A DNA stretch of 64,000 nucleotides from Candidatus Dojkabacteria bacterium (GTDB lineage: Bacteria; Patescibacteriota; Dojkabacteria; JAOAGR01). Shown piece by piece: positions 10,722 through 19,395 of this stretch. Each line of letters opens with the position of its first letter. Position 1 is the stretch's first letter. Where the stretch lies: contig AP026679.1 in NCBI GenBank assembly GCA_025999155.1, positions 85,776-149,775 of the forward strand, read 5' to 3'. The notes beneath the pieces were generated by a model that saw nothing but the letters and a program-made list of their open reading frames with translations, searched no databases and had not been told where the DNA came from. Position numbers and translations under genes: made by a program.

Positions 10722-11192
10722 ATGCAAAATATCAATAAAAACTTAAATATCCTTATCGTTTTTGGTTCTACATTAGGAAAAACTAAACATCTTGCAGAAT
10801 TAAGTGGGCGTACTTTAGAGAAAATGGGATTTAATGTCATTGTAAAAGACGTATTTTCTACTCAAATAGAAGAATTATTTCATTTTGATCTAATAATTCT
10901 CGGTTGTAGTACCTGGGACGATGGGATGCTACAATACGACTTCCGTGATTTTTTCAGCAAGTTTGTTCACTATAAATTCCACAGATACAAATTTGCTGTA
11001 TTTGGAGTAGGGAGTAGACACTATCCTCATTTTTGTGCCTCTGCTGATATTATTAGTGGTGCTGTGGACTCTGTTGGTGGGAAGCTTGTCTGTGAACCAT
11101 TGAAAATAGATCTGGATCATGACGAGCCGATCGACAAATGCGATCATGAAATGGTTGAATGGACAAAGTCTTTGGCATCAAATCTAGTATGA
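10722..11192 (+). CDS. Flavodoxin
   Basis: FGSTLGKT, GCSTWDDG and FGVGS...YPHFC FMN-binding motifs. Confidence 0.92.
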   Translation: MQNINKNLNILIVFGSTLGKTKHLAELSGRTLEKMGFNVIVKDVFSTQIEELFHFDLIILGCSTWDDGMLQYDFRDFFSKFVHYKFHRYKFAVFGVGSRHYPHFCASADIISGAVDSVGGKLVCEPLKIDLDHDEPIDKCDHEMVEWTKSLASNLV

Positions 11193-11196
11193 TCGG

Positions 11197-11973
11197 CTAA
11201 GACTTAGATAAAAATTGAGTCAAATATTCCGCTATTATTTTTACATTTTCGGGAGAATTTGTTTTATTTCGGTAGGGCTCTGGTGACAAAAACGGGCTAT
11301 CGGTTTCCAAACCAAATAAATCATTTAATGTAGATCCGGAATAATAATCTACCAACTTTTTGACCGTGTCTCTTAAGTCAGCACCGCTTTTATAGGTAAT
11401 AATTCCGCCTATACCTAATTTAAAATTATTTTCAATCAAAGCTTGACCGTGTTCGAATGATCCTGTAAAACAGTGTAAAAATCCATTAAACGTATTTTTA
11501 TCAAATCCTACAGATCGTATAATATCTATTATTTCTTGAAACGATCCTCTAGCATGAATGGACATTGGTTTTTGTAATTGTTTAGCTAATTTACAGAATT
11601 CTTGAAAAACTAGGATTTGCAGATCTTTGTATTGCTCGGCATTAGTATATTTAAAGTCAATCCCAATTTCACCTATATAATCAATAATATCGATGTTTTG
11701 AATAATTTGATGAATAATCCTTTCTAACTCGTACGTAGCAAGTGTACCCAAATTTATTACTTCTTCCGGATGCAAACCTAATCCAATTTTAAAAAAACCA
11801 TTACTAATTTTTTGCTTAAGAATAAGAAGCTCTTGATTCGTCAAGAAATCGGTGCCTAGAGATACTATATATTTTAGATCGGATTCTTGTAGGTCGTATA
11901 TTTTTGCTTCAGGATCTTTATAATATTTTGACAAGAGATGACAATGATTATCAGCTAGCTGTATCGTTGACAT
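11197..11973 (-). CDS. tatD: TatD-family hydrolase
   Basis: DNHCHL, GLHP, IGEIGID, HCFTG, LETDSPFL. Confidence 0.93.
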   Translation of the reverse strand: MSTIQLADNHCHLLSKYYKDPEAKIYDLQESDLKYIVSLGTDFLTNQELLILKQKISNGFFKIGLGLHPEEVINLGTLATYELERIIHQIIQNIDIIDYIGEIGIDFKYTNAEQYKDLQILVFQEFCKLAKQLQKPMSIHARGSFQEIIDIIRSVGFDKNTFNGFLHCFTGSFEHGQALIENNFKLGIGGIITYKSGADLRDTVKKLVDYYSGSTLNDLFGLETDSPFLSPEPYRNKTNSPENVKIIAEYLTQFLSKS

Positions 11974-12059
11974 ACAAAACCGTATATTGTTAGTTTACAG
12001 AAAAGTAATAAAGATGAATATGTGTTTATATTCACAGAATTATATGGCATAATAAACAG

Positions 12060-12893
12060 ATGACAAAGTATGTAGATAAAGAAGCGCTTATTCTTTTGTT
12101 TGGCGTATTAGGATTATATGTTTTCGTAGCTTGGGGACTTCCTAAACTACAAACTTATCTCTTTGATCATAATTTTTTTTATCAAATAGGTCGAAACATA
12201 GGCGTTGATTCTTTACGTAATAATCCTTCTCCGTCTACAGTTAACCAAAACAATCAACAAAACTATAAACCTCAACTTATTCAACTAGAATCGAACAAAG
12301 ATTATAGAGCTATTGTTAAAACATCTGAAGGATCGTTTACAATAGACTTATATGAAAGTAATGCTCCTGAAAACGTGGCAAATTTCATAACTAACATTAG
12401 TAAGTATAATAATGCAGAATTTGTTATACAAAGGGATTACTTGCTGCGCGTACGAAATAATGAAAACTTAAGTTACACCATCCAGGATGAAATAAATGCG
12501 GACTATTTGTTATTAGACACAATAAAGGTGAAAGACGCATCCTACTTAAGTAAACTTTATAATCAAAATGATCCTAGCACGGCCCCCTTCGAACCAAATA
12601 ACCTACGAAAATATGCTGATTTCTCGTTAAAAGAGTTTTACACAGAAGTTTTAGGCTATAAATACTTATCTAACGTTTCTACACAAAAGGCAGTGAAATA
12701 CGTCGTGTACATGGTTAATACAGGTCCAAATACAAATAAATTAGATTTCTTCATCTTAATGGCTGGAGCTGCGCCCGAACTAGACGGTAGATATACACCA
12801 ATCGGAAGAGTGATCGAAGGGTTTACAACTTTAGACAGTATCAATAAATCACAAAATAAGAAAATATCTATAGAGTCTATCACTGTACAATAA
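12060..12893 (+). CDS. Membrane-anchored cyclophilin-like peptidyl-prolyl isomerase
   Basis: N-terminal TM; KTSEGSFTIDLYESNAPENVANF and LDGRYTPIGRVIEG. Confidence 0.8.
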   Translation: MTKYVDKEALILLFGVLGLYVFVAWGLPKLQTYLFDHNFFYQIGRNIGVDSLRNNPSPSTVNQNNQQNYKPQLIQLESNKDYRAIVKTSEGSFTIDLYESNAPENVANFITNISKYNNAEFVIQRDYLLRVRNNENLSYTIQDEINADYLLLDTIKVKDASYLSKLYNQNDPSTAPFEPNNLRKYADFSLKEFYTEVLGYKYLSNVSTQKAVKYVVYMVNTGPNTNKLDFFILMAGAAPELDGRYTPIGRVIEGFTTLDSINKSQNKKISIESITVQ

Positions 12894-13064
12894 ACACATG
12901 TGAAGAAAAGGTGTCATTTGCAGTAGCCCTTAAAAAAGGATTGTACAAATTAATCACCCAACAGGTATACAATAATTAAACTCACACGAAATACAGGATT
13001 GTTCTTTAAATCAATAAAAACAAGCAAATAATTAATCTATCTATATATGTAAATCAAAGCTAAT

Positions 13065-16000
13065 TTATTCTAAAGGTTCCAGTCGCACCATAATATATTG
13101 ATCATTGATTTCTACGCTATGACTATCTGTATCGTTTAAGGCAGTATTAAAATCAATTCCATCGATATAACATTCTCCACATAATTTATCACTTAACTCC
13201 TTTATAGTATTTTCTAGTTCTTTATCACTAATATTACAATATAATTTTGCCTTCTGTCCTATTTGTAAACCCGAAGCCTTACGTAAATTTTGTACTTTTC
13301 TTCTTAGCTCTGAATATATGCCATCTTTAAGTAAATCAGGGGTAATTTCAGAATCCATTTCTACAATTATATCTTCATCCTGATCCGCATGTATAGTCAA
13401 GCCAATTTCTCTTACATTCAATTCTTCTTTTATTAAATCAACTAACTCGTGATCACTAACCTTGTCTAAAAGGCTCTCTTTCAAATATACATACACCGAA
13501 TTTAGTGGTTGCCTGACTTTAATACCTTTTTCAAATCTTATGGAATGACCCTTACTACAAATCTCTCTGACTATAGTCATCTTATCTAAAAGAGTAGTAT
13601 TTATACTGTCACTTTGAATCACTGGATAATCTTCAAGATGCACAGACTCTTTTGAATTAGGCAACACATCCCTCACAATATTCTGATAAATCTCCTCTGT
13701 AATAAATACCATCTGCGGTGCAAAACCTTTCACAACTAGTACTAATGCGGCATAAAGATTCTGAAGTGCATTTCTATCTCCTTCAACAAATCTTTCTCTT
13801 GATCTTCGAATCCACCATGACGATATACCATCGATAGTTGGACGAATAACCCTGACAGACTCAGGAATATTATATTTTTCCAAAGCTTGCGAATATTCTA
13901 GGACAGCTTTTTTGACGTATGCCTCAAGCCACATGTCTAACACATTTTCAGCAAGAAACTCAGCATTCTCGGGCACCCAATTATGTAAATCTGCATATAT
14001 CGTAAAATATTTATAAATATTCCATAACGGCAATAATATGTTTTTCACCTGATCGTTTAATACCTCATCTGACCAATTCATATTTTCACCAACCATCAGC
14101 GGCGATCCCATAAGGTACAGCCTTACTGCCTCTCCACCAATATTTTGCAAAACATCTTTAGGATCGGGATAATTGCCAAAAGATTTACTCATTTTACGCC
14201 CATCATTTCCTGCTAACACACCAGTACACACTACATTCGTAAAAGCCCTTTTATCGAATATAATCGTAGATATACGGTGTAAAACATTAAACCATGCCCG
14301 CACCTGCGGTATGTATTCTACAATATAGTCAGCAGGGAAGTTCTGTTCAAAAACTTCTTTATTTTCAAATGGATAATGCAACTCTGCAAACGGCACCGAA
14401 CCAGAGTCCATCCAGCAGTCTAGCACTTCCGGAATTCGATAATAACTCTTGCCATTCTTCTTTAATACTATCTTATCTGCAACATCTCTATGCAGATCTA
14501 GAGGCTTGCCTTCAAACTCATACCTAACGACTCCATTTTCCTCAATTTTTGTTATCTGATCGGATAATTGATAGAGTTCTTCGTAAGATCCAATTACAAT
14601 CTCATCACCATCTTCGCTTCTCCATATTGGCATGATAGTAGCCCAATATCTGTTACGAGAAATAGCCCAATCTGGAGAATTTTCGAGAGTATATTTCCAC
14701 AGCCCATTTTTAATATGGCCAGGTACCCAATTGATATCTTCCCCTAGTTCCAACATCTTTTGCTTTATTTTTTGTATATTAATAAAGTACGACTCATGAG
14801 CCATATAAATCAATGGGTTTGTTCCACGATAGAATGGCAAATAATGCTTATACATCTCTGATCGAAGCAAATTACCCTTTTCCCTTAGGTCTTCTGCAAT
14901 TGATTCGACAGCATCACGTAAATATACACCATGCCACCTACCTACAATCATATTTCCTTGTTCATCTATATCAGCAAAATCGCTTAGACCATATTTCTTA
15001 CCTAACTCAAAGTCTTCTTCGCCAAAAGCAGGGGCAATATGCAAAACACCAGTACCCTGATCGCTTTTTACTACATCATATAGATAGACTTTAAAGTCAT
15101 TTTCATTGGTCTTATCAAGAAAGAAATCATATATAGGTTTATATCGAGTATTTTGTAAAACAGACCCATAGAACTCATATAAAACCTTTACTAACTTGTC
15201 AGACGATGAACCTATATTTTCTGCAGTAGTCTGGAAAGTGTACTCTAACCTATCTTTGGCAAGAATGAAATACTCTCCTTCAAAATTAACTAGAGCATAT
15301 TCTATATTAGGGTTAACTGCTAATGCAAAATTTGAAGGTATAGTCCATGGGGTAGTGGTCCATGCAACCAGATACACAGGCTTATCAGAATCTAAATGAT
15401 CTATTATATTTTTATCTAATGTTCTTTTTTCAGCCTCAAACTTGACAAAGATCGCTAAATCTTCTACTTCCCGATAATTATCAGCATCCATTGCAACCTC
15501 AAAATGAGAGACAGGAGTCGAAGTATCAGTAGAGAATAGAGACACTCTCTTGCCCTTATAAATATACCCTTTCTCATATATCTGTTTAAATGCCCAAATA
15601 ACGGACTCCATGAATTCAGGACTCATAGTAGTATAAGCATTATCCATATCGGCCCATCGACCTACTTTTTCGATATACCATCTCCATTCATTGGCACAAC
15701 TTTGAACCCAAGCCCTACATTCATGAATATAACGATCTATACCCATTTCTTCCTCTAATTGACGACTGGACAATATCCCGTACTTCTTATTGACCTTTTC
15801 TTCTATAGGAAGTCCATGACAATCCCAACCCCATACGCGTCTCACCCTTTTTCCGCGCATCGTCCAGTATCGAGGGATAACATCCTTAGCGATAGATGGT
15901 ATTAGGGAACCATAGTGAGGAATTCCTGTTACAAAAGGCGGCCCATCGACGAATACATACCTATTTTTTGGATCACGACTCTCAATAGATTTCTCAAAAA

Positions 16001-16091
16001 TCTTATATTTTTTCCAGAATTCATTGATTTGATCTTCTAAATTAGGAAAATTTGGAGATCCTGTGACTTTATTGATTCTAGATTTTGACAT
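13065..16091 (-). CDS. ileS: Isoleucine--tRNA ligase (type 2)
   Basis: DGPPF, GWDCHGLP, WTTTPWT, DWAISRNRYW, KMSKS; IleRS2-type C-terminus. Confidence 0.97.
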   Translation of the reverse strand: MSKSRINKVTGSPNFPNLEDQINEFWKKYKIFEKSIESRDPKNRYVFVDGPPFVTGIPHYGSLIPSIAKDVIPRYWTMRGKRVRRVWGWDCHGLPIEEKVNKKYGILSSRQLEEEMGIDRYIHECRAWVQSCANEWRWYIEKVGRWADMDNAYTTMSPEFMESVIWAFKQIYEKGYIYKGKRVSLFSTDTSTPVSHFEVAMDADNYREVEDLAIFVKFEAEKRTLDKNIIDHLDSDKPVYLVAWTTTPWTIPSNFALAVNPNIEYALVNFEGEYFILAKDRLEYTFQTTAENIGSSSDKLVKVLYEFYGSVLQNTRYKPIYDFFLDKTNENDFKVYLYDVVKSDQGTGVLHIAPAFGEEDFELGKKYGLSDFADIDEQGNMIVGRWHGVYLRDAVESIAEDLREKGNLLRSEMYKHYLPFYRGTNPLIYMAHESYFINIQKIKQKMLELGEDINWVPGHIKNGLWKYTLENSPDWAISRNRYWATIMPIWRSEDGDEIVIGSYEELYQLSDQITKIEENGVVRYEFEGKPLDLHRDVADKIVLKKNGKSYYRIPEVLDCWMDSGSVPFAELHYPFENKEVFEQNFPADYIVEYIPQVRAWFNVLHRISTIIFDKRAFTNVVCTGVLAGNDGRKMSKSFGNYPDPKDVLQNIGGEAVRLYLMGSPLMVGENMNWSDEVLNDQVKNILLPLWNIYKYFTIYADLHNWVPENAEFLAENVLDMWLEAYVKKAVLEYSQALEKYNIPESVRVIRPTIDGISSWWIRRSRERFVEGDRNALQNLYAALVLVVKGFAPQMVFITEEIYQNIVRDVLPNSKESVHLEDYPVIQSDSINTTLLDKMTIVREICSKGHSIRFEKGIKVRQPLNSVYVYLKESLLDKVSDHELVDLIKEELNVREIGLTIHADQDEDIIVEMDSEITPDLLKDGIYSELRRKVQNLRKASGLQIGQKAKLYCNISDKELENTIKELSDKLCGECYIDGIDFNTALNDTDSHSVEINDQYIMVRLEPLE

Positions 16092-16397
16092 ATCTTAAAG
16101 ATTATTGGAACATTTTAAATTGTGTCGTAAAAATGTCAATAACAGCTTTATACTGAATAAAACAAACTGATTAAAAGTTTAGATCTTATAACTAAACTGA
16201 CATTACGAAAATAAAAGAATGAAGAAAATGCACATTCAGAAGAATCAATGTGAGTTATATAATGTCGTTTACGGAACAGCGTGTACTATGTATCGGACAT
16301 AATAAACGAATAATTACACGATACACCACATAAATAACGCACAGTTACTCTAATAATCAAAATTCCAAGCAATAAAACGTAGATCGACCCGTAGTTC

Positions 16398-16435
16398 AAA
16401 TCATAAAAATCATAAAAATCATAAAAATCATAAAA
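16398..16435. repeat. Tandem repeat of a 9-bp unit (AAATCATAA), about 4 copies
   Basis: aaatcataa aaatcataa aaatcataa aaatcataa aa read directly. Confidence 0.9.
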
Positions 16436-16480
16436 CAAACATGAAGTACGCCTAAAAGTAAAACATGTATAACTGATTGT

Positions 16481-17110
16481 TTATGAGGCAACTTGTTGCT
16501 CAGTAGCGTCAATTACTGTCTCCTCTGGCTCAGCTGTTTCTTCTTGTGTTGCAGGAGCTGTTGTAACTACGACTTGATTCAAATACTCAGAATCAGTATG
16601 TACGAGGACCACGCCACTAGGTAATTGTATATCCTTGATATGTATGGTGTCACCAGCGCCTAAATGACTGACATCAATAGTAATTTCGGAAGGCATTTTG
16701 GTTGGCAGCCCGCGCAATTCTACATCGGGCATCGCTAAAATGATTATATGTTTATGTTCTTTTTCTGCTGGTGAATTGTCTGCACCCACCAAAACAAAAG
16801 GAATCGAAGCTGTGATTGCTTCTTTTAAACTAACTTCTCTGAATGAAACATGTAAAACAGCTCTGGATGCAGGATTTACCTGTACTTCACTAATGTATGC
16901 GTGGTGAACTTTCCCATTTAATTCAACGTCCACAACTTTGGTATTACCTACAACTTCATATAGATGTACAAATTCTTTTTCAGGTAATTGTATATTGAAT
17001 TCACCATTGTATCCGTAGATAGCTGCAGGAATTAATCCGGCTTTTCTTAACCTTTTTACTTTCTTTTTAGTAATATCTCGCGCGAAAGCTTGAATTTTGT
17101 ATTGTTCCAT
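16481..17110 (-). CDS. rplY: 50S ribosomal protein L25 / Ctc long form
   Basis: LRKAGLIPAAIYG, EVQVNP...LHVSF, C-terminal Ctc domain. Confidence 0.93.
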   Translation of the reverse strand: MEQYKIQAFARDITKKKVKRLRKAGLIPAAIYGYNGEFNIQLPEKEFVHLYEVVGNTKVVDVELNGKVHHAYISEVQVNPASRAVLHVSFREVSLKEAITASIPFVLVGADNSPAEKEHKHIIILAMPDVELRGLPTKMPSEITIDVSHLGAGDTIHIKDIQLPSGVVLVHTDSEYLNQVVVTTAPATQEETAEPEETVIDATEQQVAS

Positions 17111-17161
17111 AATCGCTAAATTCTCTAACTATTTAAACTTATACAATTTATTCTGCTAATA

Positions 17162-17902
17162 TTAACATCTGTCGCAAAAAATAGGAAGATTCGGACGAAA
17201 AAAACCGTTACTATTAATAGATTCGCGAAAACCTTTATATACGTAATTCTCATCCTCTTTTGGTATATCAATCCAATTAGCACTTTTGAGACTTTGTGTT
17301 TTATCAAAAATTATTTCCCCTCTGCGGACACCATGACGTTTGTATTCTCTAGCTGAGTGTACAAAACTTATTTTTTCAACGAAATTATCATATTTAGAAA
17401 CTTCTACCACGAATAAAACGTGCCTGCCACCACGAGTACGAATTAGATCTCCTGGTAAAACCTCATTGATACTGATACTTTTAGAAAATGGTGGAGAAGT
17501 AAATTCATCCGCACTAACAGAATTCTGTGGTTTAAAAAGCCTCGAAAAATATTTACGAATATTCCAAAATGGTACTTGCGGTAAATAATCTCCCAATGAT
17601 TCTACTCCATTGGACTGAACTTTAATCCAATAATCATAAATGTTATAAACAAATCCAGAACAATCGATACCGATATTTTTTTGGACCATCAAATCCCATA
17701 TTTCTTCTTCAGTAATATCATCCCATATATATTTTGAAACTTCGTATTGTATATCTTGAGGCGTGCCCTTACCGGCCAACACTGGAGGTCTTAAAACGCC
17801 AATTTCATTGATATAATAAGGGCATTTGATTTTATAACCTGCTATATTCAATTCAAAATAGTTATCAATAAACGTTTTCACGTATTCTGGCAATGTATTC
17901 AT
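17162..17902 (-). CDS. NlpC/P60-like cysteine peptidase family protein
   Basis: GIDCSGFV, PGDLI, HV and HSA triad pattern. Confidence 0.75.
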   Translation of the reverse strand: MNTLPEYVKTFIDNYFELNIAGYKIKCPYYINEIGVLRPPVLAGKGTPQDIQYEVSKYIWDDITEEEIWDLMVQKNIGIDCSGFVYNIYDYWIKVQSNGVESLGDYLPQVPFWNIRKYFSRLFKPQNSVSADEFTSPPFSKSISINEVLPGDLIRTRGGRHVLFVVEVSKYDNFVEKISFVHSAREYKRHGVRRGEIIFDKTQSLKSANWIDIPKEDENYVYKGFRESINSNGFFRPNLPIFCDRC

Positions 17903-17922
17903 AACAGCTTACGATCTTTAAG

Positions 17923-17952
17923 TTAATTAGTTAATTAATTAATTAATTAATT
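17923..17952. repeat. (TTAA)n self-complementary microsatellite
   Basis: ttaattagttaattaattaattaattaatt. Confidence 0.8.
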
Positions 17953-17966
17953 ATAAAATTATAGTA

Positions 17967-18905
17967 TCAGCCAGTAAAAACTAATAAAGCATTATCTACT
18001 TTAAATTTTTGCCAAGCTGCAAAAGCAATGGCGCTGTCATAACTAACATCCCAATCATATTTTTCAAGCAAGAATTTTTTTGCTGTTTTTGCCTCCGACA
18101 CACTTATAGCCCAACCTTTTCCGTTTGATTCTGTAATCATCTTTTCTATAGATGGCCTCCTATGACCAATAAAATCTACAATCGACTCAGCCGGGTGAGT
18201 TTGCTCAATTATTGGAATCTTAGTCACATTTTTTATCAGTGAAAACACTCTAGTTGTTTGAACAATGTGCATTGCAGGCTTGATATTATGACGTAAAAAA
18301 CCATTATAGATTCCTAAAGCAGTCGATCCACTTGATGACGGCACATATACCGAATGTATTGGCATATTAGTCTGTTCCAGTACTTCATCGGCTAAAGATT
18401 CAAAACCAATCAATGCTTTATCATCAATAGATCCTCTTAAATTAACATATCCCTTTTTTGATAATTTAAAAGCTTCCAATCTAGGATCCTGTGTCAGTTC
18501 CATACGGAGTTTTGATGAGTAGTACCCTTTAATTCGTAGCTCATTGATATCTATTGGTAAATTCAATATCGAAATATATTTTTGCAGTTTTATATCTGAG
18601 ATAGTATCTGCAAGCAATACAAGTAATTCTTCAATTTCATTTGAGTATAAAGCGCAAAAAGCTGCCACAACTCCAGAATTTCCCGAACTAGGTATAACAA
18701 ACTTTCTAAAATTTGCATGGATATACTCACTGATCCAATACGGAATACTGCGTTGTTTGCTGCATTTTAGATAATTTAAATCATCTCTCTTTACTAAAAC
18801 AGTTTGTCCGTCAATTTTAACTTTTTGTAAAGGAGACGCATCTATAGGGATATTGTATTTTTGCATTACTGAACGAAAAGTAGCCCGAAAATCCATACTG
18901 CTCAT
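17967..18905 (-). CDS. PLP-dependent fold-type II enzyme (threonine synthase-like)
   Basis: VKRDDLN..SKQR (PLP Lys), SSGNSG, VPSSSGSTALG, C-terminal VFTG. Confidence 0.85.
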   Translation of the reverse strand: MSSMDFRATFRSVMQKYNIPIDASPLQKVKIDGQTVLVKRDDLNYLKCSKQRSIPYWISEYIHANFRKFVIPSSGNSGVVAAFCALYSNEIEELLVLLADTISDIKLQKYISILNLPIDINELRIKGYYSSKLRMELTQDPRLEAFKLSKKGYVNLRGSIDDKALIGFESLADEVLEQTNMPIHSVYVPSSSGSTALGIYNGFLRHNIKPAMHIVQTTRVFSLIKNVTKIPIIEQTHPAESIVDFIGHRRPSIEKMITESNGKGWAISVSEAKTAKKFLLEKYDWDVSYDSAIAFAAWQKFKVDNALLVFTG

Positions 18906-18952
18906 CTATTAAATTATTTTGTATATTTTATATGAAAATGATATATTAGAGT

Positions 18953-19123
18953 ATGGACAATAGAAAAGTAACAGTAAAATGTCCAGTATGCGACAACGAT
19001 TTCGAGCTAGACATAAATGGAATCCAAGTAGGGGACATCATAGAATGTCCTGTTTGTGGAGCGACTCTTGAAGTTTTAAGTCTAGATCCTATTAAATTAG
19101 AGGCTGTTGTGAGGGGAAAATAG
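18953..19123 (+). CDS. LysW-like small Zn-ribbon protein (56 aa), not in the ORF track
   Basis: MDNRKVTVKCPVCDNDFELDINGIQVGDIIECPVCGATLEVLSLDPIKLEAVVRGK; two CPVC motifs and LEV..LDP..L. Confidence 0.85.
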   Translation: MDNRKVTVKCPVCDNDFELDINGIQVGDIIECPVCGATLEVLSLDPIKLEAVVRGK

Positions 19124-19183
19124 TTGAATATGGTTGATTGTGTTCCCGTAAATTACAATATGTCTCTGAATAATTTAAATATA

Positions 19184-19211
19184 TTGACACATAGAAATTG
19201 AATGCTATAAT
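19184..19211 (+). promoter_or_regulatory. Sigma70-type promoter of the rpoB leader
   Basis: TTGACA-16 nt-TATAAT with extended -10 TG. Confidence 0.85.
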
Positions 19212-19223
19212 TTCGGGAGTTTT

Positions 19224-19343
19224 ATGTCATCCGTATACGGGACAATGATGGGGCGTTGTTTTAGCCTATTTGTTTTGGTGCTAGTGGGTCGGTTATTGTT
19301 ACTTAGTTCTTTTACTATTAAAAATAAAGTATTAATGAAGTGA
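19224..19343 (+). CDS. Putative 39-aa hydrophobic leader peptide upstream of rpoB
   Basis: GGGAG then ATG; MSSVYGTMMGRCFSLFVLVLVGRLLLLSSFTIKNKVLMK; stop codon abuts a terminator hairpin. Confidence 0.4.
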   Translation: MSSVYGTMMGRCFSLFVLVLVGRLLLLSSFTIKNKVLMK

Positions 19344-19369
19344 AGGCAACTCTAGAAGTTGCCTTTTTT
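19343..19369 (+). terminator. Intrinsic terminator/attenuator in the rpoB leader
   Basis: AAGGCAACT-ctaga-AGTTGCCTT followed by a T run. Confidence 0.75.
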
Positions 19370-19395
19370 CTATTTTAGTTACATGAAATATAAAT

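Noticed and set aside
16398-16435. Short repeats as a possible CRISPR array
   Set aside because: 9-bp head-to-tail units with no spacers and no cas genes.
17923-17952. (TTAA)n tract as a replication origin or cruciform element
   Set aside because: No DnaA-box cluster or dnaA nearby; a simple microsatellite is sufficient explanation.
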